Both the position numbers and the translations under genes were made by a program. The notes under the pieces are model-generated. The model saw only the letters and a list, made by a program, of their open reading frames with translations, searched no databases and was not told where the DNA came from. Source: an uncultured Planctomycetaceae bacterium (GTDB taxonomy: Bacteria; Planctomycetota; Planctomycetia; Pirellulales; PALSA-1355). From it: DNA of 64,000 bases. The stretch spans positions 1,312,001 through 1,376,000 of the forward strand of contig CAWAUV010000007.1 in NCBI GenBank assembly GCA_963785305.1. The letters are read 5' to 3'. Positions 1 through 11,427 of the stretch are shown here, piece by piece. Each line of letters opens with the position of its first letter. The stretch's first letter is position 1.

Positions 1-1785
1 TTCCGCGCTGATCGCGACAACGGCCGCGCCGTCGCCGGCGGCGATCGCGTCGTCGAGGTCCTGGCAGAGCGACTCCAAATCCAGGGCGTCTTGATCTTCG
101 ATCGAGGATTTCAGCTTCTTGGCTTTCTCGAGCAGAGCGAGCGCTTCGGGAAATTCCTCGGCCAGCGACCGCGACGCATCGGCGTCGGAACTGTCCGACG
201 CTGAGTCCATCGCGCGCCATTCCTTGAGCGACGCGAGCTCTTCCTCGTCGACGAGCTCGTCGGAACCCTCGAACATGGCCGCCAGGCGCGATTCCGCGCG
301 ACTTCGTTCCTCGGCTTGAAATCGACTAAGAGCATTGTCGACGACCAGTTCGCGGCTGATGCCCGTCGCCGGTTGCGTCGCCGTGACCTTGAGGGTGCCA
401 TCCAAGGTGAGGTCGAAGCGGACCACGATCTTGCTCCGCTCGCCACCACCGGTTTTCAGATGGAGTTTGAACTTGCCGATGGACTGATTGCGATGCGGCT
501 CCGGTCGCTCTCCCTGGAGCACATGAATCTCGGCGACTTCCTGATCGTCGTACATCGTCGAATAAGCCTGCTCGTAGCGCGCCGGCAGTGGCGTGTTGCG
601 ATGTATGATCGGAGAGAAGACCAATTGCGGGCCGTTGAAACTCATGCCGACACAGGCTTCGATTCCGAGCGTGTGTCCGGTGACATCGACCAACACCGGC
701 CCCACGGACCGACCGTCGATCATGGCCGCCTGCACGGCGGCGCCAAGGGCGACCGCCAGGTCGGGGTCGACCGCGCGGCTCGGTTCGCGCTGAAATTCAT
801 CGCGCAGCCGCTCCTCGACGAGCGGAATGCGGGTCGAGCCGCCGACCAGCACCAAGTCGTCGATCTGATGAATGGTCAACTTCGCGTCGCGCAGCGCCGC
901 ATCGACACTCTGGATCGTGCGGGCCACGAACGGTTCGATCATCTGCTCGAACTCGCGCCGCGTGATGGTTGCTTTGAGATGCAGCGGGCGACCCTCCTTC
1001 TCGGCGATGAACTCTTCCACGATCTCGACCGTCTCGTCGGTCGATAGCCGCCGCTTGGCCTGCTCGCAAGACTGCAAGAGGCGAAAGCGAGCCTGGGCAT
1101 TCTCGCGCAGGTCCAGGCCGTGTTCCGTCTGGAACTGCTCGGCCACCTGGTCGAGCAGCGCCTGATCGAGATCGTCGCCGCCCAAGTGAACATCGCCGTG
1201 GCTGCTGAGCACTTCGACGACTCCCGCTTCCATGCGCACGATCGAGACATCGAAGGTTCCGCCGCCGAAATCGTAGACCGCGATTTGCTTGCGATCGTGC
1301 GAGGCGGCGTGATACACGAGGGTCGCGGCCGTGGGCTCGTTGATGATGCGCTCGACCGTGAGTCCCGCGAGCGCGGCGGCTTCGCGTGTCGCTTGGCGCT
1401 GGTTTTCGTCGAAGAAGGCGGGCACCGTGATCACGGCCCGATTCACCGGCTGCCCGATCGCGCGACTGGCGCGGTCGCGCAGCTTGCGGAGAATCATCGC
1501 GCTGATTTCCGGCGGCGTGAAGGTCTGATCGCCCAGCGGCACGGGCTCCAGATTGCCCATGTGGCGCTTAATCGACGCCACGGTGCGTTCGGGGAAGGCC
1601 GCCAATTGGTTCTTCGCGGCAATGCCGGTGACGAGTTGCCCTTGCGGATTGATTCCGACCACCGACGGCAACAAGCTCTCGCCCGCGTCGTCGAGCACCC
1701 GCGGTCGGCCATCCTCGACATAAGCCACCACGCTGTTGGTCGTTCCCAAATCGATCCCGACGATAGGTCCTTGTTGCTCCGTCAT
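1..1785 (-). CDS. Hsp70/DnaK-family chaperone (secondary paralog); 3' end runs off the window
   Basis: Hand translation from ATG 1785: MTEQQGPIVGIDLGTTNS...ITVPAFFDENQRQATREAA...IINEPTAA...YDFGGGTFDVS...LGGDDLD. Same frame still open at base 1. Absent from the ORF track because no stop lies in the window. Confidence 0.93.
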   Translation of the reverse strand, partial: MTEQQGPIVGIDLGTTNSVVAYVEDGRPRVLDDAGESLLPSVVGINPQGQLVTGIAAKNQLAAFPERTVASIKRHMGNLEPVPLGDQTFTPPEISAMILRKLRDRASRAIGQPVNRAVITVPAFFDENQRQATREAAALAGLTVERIINEPTAATLVYHAASHDRKQIAVYDFGGGTFDVSIVRMEAGVVEVLSSHGDVHLGGDDLDQALLDQVAEQFQTEHGLDLRENAQARFRLLQSCEQAKRRLSTDETVEIVEEFIAEKEGRPLHLKATITRREFEQMIEPFVARTIQSVDAALRDAKLTIHQIDDLVLVGGSTRIPLVEERLRDEFQREPSRAVDPDLAVALGAAVQAAMIDGRSVGPVLVDVTGHTLGIEACVGMSFNGPQLVFSPIIHRNTPLPARYEQAYSTMYDDQEVAEIHVLQGERPEPHRNQSIGKFKLHLKTGGGERSKIVVRFDLTLDGTLKVTATQPATGISRELVVDNALSRFQAEERSRAESRLAAMFEGSDELVDEEELASLKEWRAMDSASDSSDADASRSLAEEFPEALALLEKAKKLKSSIEDQDALDLESLCQDLDDAIAAGDGAAVVAISAE

Positions 1786-1857
1786 TTCATATTCCTTGAT
1801 ATGGGCCGCGATGATTCCCGAGATTTGCGCCGATGGCAGCGAGGAGGGTCCGATGTA

Positions 1858-2573
1858 TCAACTCGCCACGCGCACATCGGCAAAACGAAGTAGTTGGCCC
1901 TGCCAACGATAGGCGGGCGAAAATTGTTCGGCGACATGTCCCGCCGGGCAATCCGTCGAGGCGATGCTCCCCACGGCGCGCATCAACTCCGCGTCGAACG
2001 GCCGGCCCAGAACATCCAGACGCTCGATCGCCTGATCTTGTATCATGCGGCGCAACCGCGCGAGCATCAAGTTCAAGCCTTCGATCGCCGGGTGGTCGGC
2101 GCCTGATTCGGAGGCGCCTTGCGCTCGATGATAAAAGCCAGCAGCGGCCGAGCCAACCGGCGGGCCAGCCAAGACATCTGATCGAAGCGCTGCACGATGG
2201 CTTGGGTGGCGCCCTGCTCGCGAAGGCGACGATTCGTTTCCCACTCGGTGATCGCCGACACGGCGCGGGAAAGCTGATGTTCCGTCTCGACGAGGAGCAG
2301 GGCCAGTGGCTTGGCCTTGGCGGCGTCGTCGGCGCGGCTCTTGGCGACACTGGTAAGTATTTTGGCTTCGAGCGACTGAAACGCCGCGACCGCCGCGCCG
2401 ATTTGCGCGGAGAGTTCGCGACTTTCTTTCGTTTGCCCCCGCCATTCATGCCGCATCGCGGTGAACGCCTCGACGATATCCAAGGCGCCGAATTGGGGAC
2501 CTTCGTCCGGCGGAACGGCGTCATCCCAGCTCGGCGCCTGGGAAGAATCTTGTGGAAAAATGGATTCGCTCAT
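1858..2573 (-). CDS. grpE: GrpE-like nucleotide exchange factor (frameshift near 2120)
   Basis: Coiled-coil N-half MSESIFPQ... joined to GrpE head EGLNLMLARLRR...LGRPFDAELMRAV...VAEQFSPAYRWQGQLLRFADVRV; directly upstream of the Hsp70. Confidence 0.82.
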
Positions 2574-2647
2574 GCAACGGAAGAGGCTTTCTGATTCGCG
2601 GACTTGTCGAGCGCGGCGACACTCGTGCGCCGAACTTGGATCGTGGT

Positions 2648-2990
2648 TTACTCGGATGCTCGAGGCGCCGCCTCGCCGCGGGGCGACCGATTGCCCAGGC
2701 TGATGACAAACGAGGCGGACATGCGAGGCGGATTCTTCTTTTGTGCCTCGATCGCGTCGGTCCATTGCGGAACCACGTCGTCGGGAGGCGGCGCGAGCAA
2801 TCGTCTCGCGATCGAAAACCGATCCTTGGTCGCATCGAACGCCGCCCGAATCTCGCGGAACTTTTCGGGCTCGCGTTCCGGTGGAAATTGCTTCACCAAC
2901 TCGAGGTACCGGGCGGCGGACTTCCGACTCGTCGGCGTCTGGCGACACCCCAAGTGTTTTGAACGGATCGGCGGCCGTGGAAAGATTCAT
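2648..2990 (-). CDS. Small J-domain (DnaJ-like) protein with FPPE in place of HPD (frameshift near 2915)
   Basis: DPFKTLGVSPDADESEVR + ARYLELVKQFPPEREPEKFREIRAAFD matches J-domain helices I-III; in operon with GrpE and Hsp70. Confidence 0.82.
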
Positions 2991-3006
2991 GCGTGGATCC
3001 CCGATG

Positions 3007-5381
3007 TCAAAATAACGTTCTTTCGGGCGGCCGAGCTCGCTCCGCGGCGCGTTGCTTGGCGGCTCGGCACTTGGGGCAGTCGCATTCCGTGTCGTCGTCG
3101 GCGTCGCGATCGCCGCCGCCGCTCCCGCCGAAGAAATTCGCGAAACCCGAAAAAGAGGACTTCAATTTCTCTTTTTCGACCGCTTCGTCCAGGCGATCGG
3201 CCAATTCCTTGAACCAGTAGCGGTAATAAGCGTCGCGTTGCGATTGGGCGGCCTCGCGCAGCAGTGTGCCCAGATGTTGGTGTTTCCGATAGCCGAAGAA
3301 ATAGGACTGCCCGAGGATCGCGTTTACTCGGGCCGCCGCGATAATGGGATGACTCGCGAAGGAGGCACGAGAGAAGAAAGGCGGAAATTTGATATCGCTG
3401 CCATTCGGCCAATACCGATGCCTGCGCCTCCCCACAGAACCGCTTTTTGGAGCCGTTCGTTATCGATGGCTTGCGGGGTCAGCACATCCGTGGGCCTCAA
3501 GCGTTTAAACAAAGCGCGCCCGATCAAGCTTCCGTGCATGCGGTATGCGGGATACGAAAGCTGCGCCGATGCAGATCCCAAAAGAACCGGCCCGCCTCGA
3601 GCAAGTCTTCGACGGGTATGCGACCGAGTTGCTGGATGCCGCGATCCACCGCGGCGCGGAGCGGCTTGAGATCGTCGGCCGCGACTCGCATTTGTTGCGC
3701 GGCCCCGAGCATCATGCACGCATCCGCCAGCGATTCCCGCTCGAGACCCGATTCTTGGCAAATTCGCGCGCGTGCTTCTTCATACGCGTCTTTCTGGCCG
3801 CCGCGCAGTTGCCAAGCGGCTCGCAAATACGGCAGCCACTGCTTCGGCAACCAATCGGGCCACAAGGTCTCGGCATCATTCAAGCGGTCGGGAACTTCCG
3901 CCAGCCGCGCCTTTCGGCGGCAAAGCCACATGGCCTCGAGCAATTTCCATTTCCAGGGAGTCGCGCGCACGCGCGGGTCTTCGTGCCGCGACGCGGCCAG
4001 AAATTCGACATGGGGACGCGCCGCCTCTAACTGCTCGCTTTCAAGCAAATGGTCGACCAACCACAATCGCGGCTCGATCTCCTCCGGTATCGCGCGCGAC
4101 CAACCCTCCATGAGCTGCGCTAATTCTTGTTCGAGCGAAGCGCGTTCTGGTTTCGCCAGCCGGTCATTTTCCAAATGGGCTTCGAGCCATTTTACGTGCG
4201 TCTGGTAGGTCAAACCATTGCCAGGGTCCGCCTGCACGGAAGCCAAGAGATGCTTTCGGACCGCCGCTGTGTTCTCGCGCGGCGCGAACAGTTGCTCAAT
4301 GCCGCCCATGCTGCCCGGGAGATTCATCAAGCTCACCGCTTCGTTGAGATGAGCCCGGCTCAAGATCGCGTTGCGGAGCGGCGCGGGGAGCACTTTGTTC
4401 TCGGGAAGATCGCGAGTTAAATATTCGGACAACGACCGCCTAGCCTTGCGTTCGGCGGCCGGGTCATTCGCGAAATTGCCATAGTAGAAAAAGGTGAGCA
4501 TCCGGCTTCGGCGATCGTGCCGCGGCCCAGGAAACAAGCGAACGGCATCGTCGAAAATATCGGAGTATTTTTGAGCGTAGGCTCGCTCGCGCGGTCTGCG
4601 CCAGCGCGGCGACCAACTCGGGCTCGGTCTTCTCGTACTCCGCGACAAACCGCCGCAAGAACTGCAATTTCTTCGGCCCCAAATGCGTATCGTCGAATTC
4701 CTCGGGAACGCGCAGGCCGGCCTCGGCGGCGCGAATCGCGGCCCGATCAAAACGCACGCGCCGCAGCAACTTGGCATGATACAACTGCTGGTCGTCCCAA
4801 TCCGTCCACGGCGAAGCATCGGGCTCCGCGGCTGGCGCCTCATTTTGCCGCGGGGTAGCGGTTTCCAGATCGGTCCGCAAAGCGAGCATCATTGCGGTTG
4901 CGATTCGTCCGGGCCGGCGATCGGCATTCAGCCGCTTCCAGGCGTCGCTTGCTGCTTGGGTATTTTCCGCGAGCCAATCGATCAATCCGCGGAGGAACAA
5001 TCGCCATTCGCTGAGCGGACTGCCGCGGGAAATCATCGAAACGCGTTTGACCGCGTCGTCGCCGCGCGACGCCAGGGCATCGTCGAGCGCGCTGCGAACG
5101 GCCATGACCTGCTGGGCGACATCCGGTTCCAGTCGAGCCAGAACGTTGTCATCGAAGACCGCGACATCTTCGGGCAACTCGCCCTGCCAAGCGTTTGGAA
5201 TCTGCTCCGCCAGCCGCTGGCGATGGCGGGCATTGCTGGCCAAGGGAATCTCGCCGGGCTGTACAACGATCCGCGGTCCCGAGAGCGCTTGGTCTCGCTT
5301 CTTCCGCTTTTCCTGGCGTTTGCGCTTTTCGACCCGCTTGCGCGCGTGCTGTTCTTTCTTTCGCTGTGCTTTGCTTCCCAT
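3007..5381 (-). CDS. Large alpha-helical/TPR-like protein, basic N-terminus, C-terminal CDCPKC (about 3 frameshifts)
   Basis: ORFs 4464-5426, 3524-4843, 3324-3761 and 3007-3435 join into one ~790-aa helical protein starting MGSKAQRKKEQ; first gene of the chaperone operon. Confidence 0.6.
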
Positions 5382-5627
5382 GGCCGGAATCCATTCGCTT
5401 TTTTTGTTCGGAGAGTTGCAGCCCAACGGGCCCCGCCAGCACAGACAAGCGCGCCCCTGCTTTTCGCATTATGATGAATCGGCTTCGCAATGGAAAGCCT
5501 CTGGCCAAATCGAAAAAGCAGGCGCTGCCAGCGTCGGCGTCGCGGCGCCCTCGCCGTCGCGCGAGGCTTGCGGCGCGAGGCGAACGAACGAGCGATCGTC
5601 CGTCAAGTGAAGACGAAGTTCAGGCGC

Positions 5628-6192
5628 TTATTGAGTCTCGACTGCCAACCAGCCTACCGGCTTCCGGCCGCGCGTCGGCGCCATAAAACAACTCGCCTTG
5701 TCGGGCGCGGCTTGCGAGCGTTCCCAAGCGAGAAGCCATTCTTTGTTTTCGAGGCCACTAGCGTAGCCGGTCAGCTTGCCGTTGGACCCGATTACCCGAT
5801 GGCAAGGCACGATGATCGCAATCGGGTTGCAATGGTTCGCGCCGCCGACGGCCCGCGAGGCCTTCGGAGGCGCCAATGCGCCGGGCCAGCTCGGCATAGC
5901 TGATCGTCGCGCCAAAAGGAATCCTAATGAGCTCTCGCCATACGCGCTGCTGAAACAATGTGCCGGCTGGCTTGAGCGGCAAATCAAATTGCCGCCGGGC
6001 GCCCGCGAAATACTCGACAAGCTGCTCGCGCACGGCGGCGAATCGAGCGTCGTCCTGGCGCCACGATGCATCGGTGCCTCGCGAGCCGTTCTTCGGCGGC
6101 AAATAGAGGCCGGTTAGATGCTCTCCGTCGCCCCGGACAACGAGCCGCCCGAGCGGCGACGCCACGTAACTATAAAAAGTAGTTGCATTCAT
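5628..6192 (-). CDS. ogt: Methylated-DNA--protein-cysteine methyltransferase (frameshift near 5870)
   Basis: SPLGRL...EYFAG...FQQRVW...[13 protein letters not shown] + [21 protein letters not shown] (active-site PCHR). Confidence 0.93.
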
Positions 6193-6727
6193 CTGTCGCG
6201 ACTCCGCAACGCGTCGAGGTTCTATTGAATCTGGCCCGAGTGGCGAAATCTTTCCGCTAACATATTCGCCATTTCCAAATCCGAGCGATTTTCCATGCCC
6301 GTCGTTGGTTGAATTCTTCTAAATGCGCCGGGCCGATGCAATGCCCGCATTGCATTCTATTCCGTCGTCCACGGTCCGATACCGGGCCGTTTCGCAAGCC
6401 CGACGCCAATCGACGCCGGATCGGCGCCTCCAACCGCCCCGGTCGGGGCCGACGCGCCGCCGCCCGCTGAAAAAGTTTTTTGCCCCTGCGAGCGAGGTTT
6501 CGTCGCTGGTAACGCTAGGCCGCCTGCGGAAACGTGGCAGACCGCAGGTTGCTTTGGGGTTGTACGCGGCGCGATACAATGCCTGCTCGGGAATTGGCCC
6601 CCATGAAGCTTGGCGGGTTCGAGGAACGGGCATCGCCATGGTTCCGTCGCCCAGTGAATCTGCCGGAGGATTCAAGGGGATTTCAACCGGGGGCGACTTG
6701 CAGCGAGCCGCCGCCGAGGAGGACATC

Positions 6728-9528
6728 ATGTTCATGAACACGACGCGCGCGCTTTCCCTGGTTTCGGGCACTGTTTTCTTGATGTTGGGCCTTCAATGTC
6801 TCGCTGTGGCGGAAGAGCCGCAAGTAATTCAGGCCGTAATCGAACGCGGCGACGCGCTCGCGCTCCGCGGCGAATTTCCAGCAGCGCTCGAGCAGTACGA
6901 CCGGGCTTATCAAATGTCGGTCCGCACCTTTGGGGCCGGCGATGAAGTCTGCTACGCGATTCTGGACAACATCGGCGCCACCTATGTGCAAATGGGCGAT
7001 TATGGTCGAGCCGAGCCGATGATCGAGCGGGGTATTAAGTATCGCGAAACCACTTTTGGGCCGAACGACGCGGATCTCGCGGGAATGCTGCAAAACCTGG
7101 CGGTGGTTTACAAGAACACCAATCGCGAGATCGCGGCGGAATCACTCTTGCTGCGGAGCCTACGAATTTGCCAAGCCACGCGCGGCGCCAACGACCTCTC
7201 GGCGGCCTTGATTCTCAACAATCTGGGAACGCTCTACGAAAACCTGGGGCAATTCGCCAAGGGCGAGGCCGTGCTCGCTTGGAGCCTGAGCATTCGTGAA
7301 TCCGCGCTCGGCGCCAACCATCCGCTCGTGGCGCAAACTCTCTTAAACCTCGGCAATCAGCGAGTGCGCACGCGGAAGTTCCAACAGGCGGAAGCCGATT
7401 ATCAGCGCGCTTACAAGATTTACGAGGCAAACGCCAACGATGCCGCGCTCGAACTTCCCAACCTACTTCTGAGCATGGCGCGGGTCTATTTTTACACGAA
7501 TCGCATTGAGCTCGCGATCTCGACCATGGAGCGGAGTGCAAAAGCCTCCGAAGCCGTGTTCGGCGCCGACAATCCGAAGACGGCGATGGCTCTGCACCAC
7601 TTGGGCGTGATGACCCTGAAGACCCACGACTACGCCAGGGGCGAATCGCTGCTCACTCGCGCTCTCAAAGTGCAACAAGCGAACTTCGGAACGGATTCGC
7701 CCATCGCCGGACGCACGATCGCGGACATGGCTTGCATCGCCTGGGCCAAAAACGACCTCGAACAAGCGGTTGAAAACTTCGACCGTGCCCGGCGAATCAC
7801 GCGGCGCTATGAAGCCACGGTGATGACCGGACTGGGCGAACCGCAGCAGCTTCAATTCCTGGCTTTGGATCAATTCGACTTCGACATGGCCCTCTCGGTA
7901 GCCGCCCGCCAGCCGAGCGCGGTGACGTATGCTTGGCTCCTGAATCGGAAGGCGATCGTGCAGCAGATTTTGGCCGAGCGAGCGCTGCTCGGCGCAATAG
8001 CACTGATCCCGCCATGGCCGGCGCCGTGAAAGAACTGGCGGCGCTTCGGAAGCAATTGGCCGAGCTCAGCCTCACGGTTCCCACCCCGACCAATGCCGCG
8101 GCCCATCAGAAAAAACTCGGCGAGCTGATTTTTCTGGAGCAAGAGCAGACTCGGCAAATCAACCTGCATGCCGGCCGCTCGTCGCTGGCCGGCGAATGGA
8201 CGGACGCCAAGGCGGTGCGCGAGGCGCTGGCCGCCGACGCGCTACTGATCGATATCGTGCGCCACGAGCCCCATGACATTAGCCACTATATGGAAGAAGG
8301 TGGCATGCTGCCGGCTCGCTACTTGGCCTGGATCATTCCGCCGGCCGGGGCGGGCGAGATTCGCATCGTCGATCTGGGCGAGGCTTCGGCCATCGACGAC
8401 GAGATCACCAAAGCGCGCACCGCGCTTGAAAAGACCGCGCTAGGCATCAAAAAGCCCGACGACGAGCACGACGCCGAGCAAAAAGCCCTCGCGCCGCTGG
8501 GCGCCTTGGCGAAGCTGCTGCTCGACCCGCTGAAACCACATTTGGCCAACGTCAAACAACTCGTGCTCAGCCCCGACTCGACCCTGTGGCTGGCGCCCTG
8601 GGCGGCCCTGCCGGTCGACGATGAGCAATACGTCGTCGAACGCTGGCAGATTCGCTTTGTCACCAGCGGCCGAGACCTGGCGACCGAACAGGCCGCGGCC
8701 CAGGAAGCAACCACGAATCTAACCAATCCCTGCGTGTTCGCCGACCCCGACTATGATCTCGATGGCCAGCGCACCATCGCCGCCACGCGGGCCGTCGCCC
8801 GGGGCAAGGAAAACCAAGTCGCGATGCGGGGCTTGGCTCGCTCGTCGAGCGGTTTGCCCAGGGCGCCGCGACTGCCCGGCACGGCGCTCGAGGCGGACTT
8901 GATCGCGCCGGCCCTTGAAGCCTATGCGCACGCCAAGCCGATGGTATACAAGGACCAGTATGCCCTCGAGGGAGTCATCAAGCTGGTACACTCGCCGCGC
9001 ATGCTTTCGCTGAGCACCCACGGCTACTATTTGCCGGACCAGGAGGCCGCGCGGCGCGACGCGCTGGGCGAGGCGAGCGGCGCGTCGTCGGGCGGTTCAT
9101 TCGAAAACCCGCTCCTTCGCTGCGGCTTGCTGCTCGCGGGCTGCAACCAGCGGCAGACGAATCCGAATTTCGATGACGGTGTGCTTACCGGCATGGAGAT
9201 CGTGAGCTGCGATCTGCGCGGGGCCGAGCTCGTGGTGCTGAGCGCCTGCCAGACCGGCCTGGGCGATGTGCGCAACGGCGAAGGCGTCGCCGGGCTGCGG
9301 CAAGCGTTTCAGTTGGCCGGAGCGCGGGCCGTGGTTTCGACACTCTGGCGGATTCCCGACACCGAGTCGGCCAAACTGATGGGTGATTTTTTCAACAACT
9401 TGGCGGCCGGCCAGCCGAAAGTCGCGGCCCTGGCCAACGCCCAACTCGCGGCGATCAAGGCGCACCGGCAGACGCGCGAGGCCGCCCACCCTTATTTTTG
9501 GGCGGCGTTTACCGTCACTGGAAACTGA
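6728..9528 (+). CDS. Secreted TPR-CHAT protease 1 (frameshift near 7990)
   Basis: GAGGAGG RBS; signal-like N-terminus (LSLVSGTVFLMLGLQCLAVA); 42-aa TPRs; CHAT motifs SPD, FADPDY, LPGT, LSTHG, VLSACQTG, GEGV, FQLAGA, STLW, HPYFWAAF. Confidence 0.9.
9187..9512 (+). repeat. 326-bp near-identical repeat, copy A (CHAT1 catalytic C-terminus)
   Basis: Matches 14329-14654 with 2 mismatches (agc/ggc, cac/cgc) by eye alignment. Confidence 0.92.
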
Positions 9529-9572
9529 ACACAACATCCGAGTACTCATACGCGCTTAATGAAGTCCTACCC

Positions 9573-11312
9573 ATGTCGCGTCCGATCGCATTCAAACGCT
9601 TGTTCCGAACCGCGGCCGTCTTATTTCAGATCGCCGCGCTTTGCTGCGGGTCTGCCTACGGTCTTTGCACCCGCCGGCGGTGGCCGCCGACGACGCCGAT
9701 CCCAAAGCCGGCGAGCCCTGGGCGCTGCTCGTCGGCTGCGAGCAATATCATCGGGCCAACAAGCTTCGCCACACCGTCAGCGACGCCGATCAATTGGCCG
9801 GCACGCTTCACGCCTGGGGCGGCTATGGCAAGGACCACATCCTCGAAATGTCCGACCGAGCGGACAACGAACGCCTGAAACCGCTCAAGACCAACCTACA
9901 AGCCGAACTGCCCAGGTTTCTGCGCAAGCCCGGCCCGGGCGATGTGCTGATCGTCTATTTCTCCGGCCACGGCTTCCGCGACGCCGAGGGCAAGATGTTT
10001 CTGGCCCCGCTCGATGTCGATCCCGAGAAGCCGGCCGAGACGGGCATTCCCGTCGAATGGTTTCGCCGGCAGATCGCCGCCTGCCCGGCGGCGTTCAAGC
10101 TGCTGATCATCGACGCCTGCCACGCTGGCAGCGAGAAGGGCGACGACAAAGCCGCCGGCGTGCCCTCGAAGGATTTGGGCGAGCTGTACAAGGACCTCGA
10201 CAAGGTAGTCACGCTCGCCAGCAGCACGGCCGACCAAAAGAGCCAAATCTGGGAAGACAAACAGCAATCGCTCTTCAGCTATTGGCTCAACCAGGGGCTG
10301 CGCGGCCACGCCAATTACGACGGCGACGGGGCCGTGGACATCGATGAGCTTTATAAATACGTCTCGCGCACCGTGAGCCAAACCGCCGAACGGCGACTTC
10401 TCGCGGCCGCAAACGTCCGTGCGGATCGTGCGCTCCGGAGTGCGCGACGTGCCGGTGCTGGTCCACTTGCAGCCGCAGCGGCTCAAGAGCGTGCTGGCCG
10501 ACATGGCGGAGCAAATGGCCGACGCCCTGGACGATCACAAAGCCACGGTGGGCGGCTCGGCGCGGATCACCGCATCGGAATGGGCCATGTTCGGCCATAG
10601 CGCGGTCGTGCGGCCCGAGGACCAGCCGGCGCCGACGTCGGCCACGCAAGCTCGGCCGGCCTCGATGCAAGTCATCCATCGGCTGGACGAAGCCGCGACG
10701 AGCGACCATCCGCTCAAGAGCCCGGCCACGCCGTTCCGCGTGCGGTTCCTGGTCGGGGGCAAGGAACGCAAGGGCGAATTTCGCGGCAACGATCTGCTGG
10801 TTCCGCTCAACCAAGGCGAAGTGTACCAGATCGAAGTCGAGAATCGCACCGGCCGCCCGGCCGTGATGCGACTGTTGGTCGATGGGCTCAACACGCTGCC
10901 CGAGAAGATGAAGGACAAAAGCGTCATGACGCTGGAAGTGGCGCCGCGGGTGAACCTGGCCGAGGCGCGGCCGTGGGTGCTCGACGCCCGCGGCGGGACC
11001 AAGAACATCGTCGTCGGCTTCGCCACGGAAACGGGCGATCAAGGCAAGCTGCGCGAGTTCGACGTCGTCGAGGCCGATAAGTCGCTGGCGGCGCGTAAGC
11101 AGTTCACCGAGCAGATCGGACTGATCACGGCGGCGTTTGATGAACCGGCGGCGGAGCGTTTGGCGAGCTCGCTTAACCCAGGCTCCGGCACCGACCTGGG
11201 CCAAGAAGTCACGGCCGACCTGAGCGAGCAGACAGGGGTCGGCGTGGGGAATTTGCAGTGCGTGATTAACAATCGCTATGTGTTTCCCGAGGCGTTGCGG
11301 GGCGGGCGTTAG
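9573..11312 (+). CDS. Secreted C14 caspase-like peptidase 1 with C-terminal beta-rich domain (frameshifts near 9670 and 10405)
   Basis: WALLVG, YFSGHG (His), IIDACHAG (Cys), SLFSYWL..GLRG; paralog of 18000-20086 but lacks its middle domain; N-terminus MSRPIAFKRLFRTAAVLFQIAALCC is signal-like. Confidence 0.87.
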
Positions 11313-11427
11313 CTTTGCGGAAAAGGCGCTGGCGGGCCGCCATGTCCGCGAGGCAACATGGGGCGCGGCGAGGTGGGGCGATTGTGACAGGGGCTTTGAA
11401 ACAAGATCGAGAACAGGAGGCGCTGCG

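Noticed and set aside
1..1785. Housekeeping dnaK
   Set aside because: Divergent motifs and C-terminus and atypical co-chaperones point to a specialised paralog.
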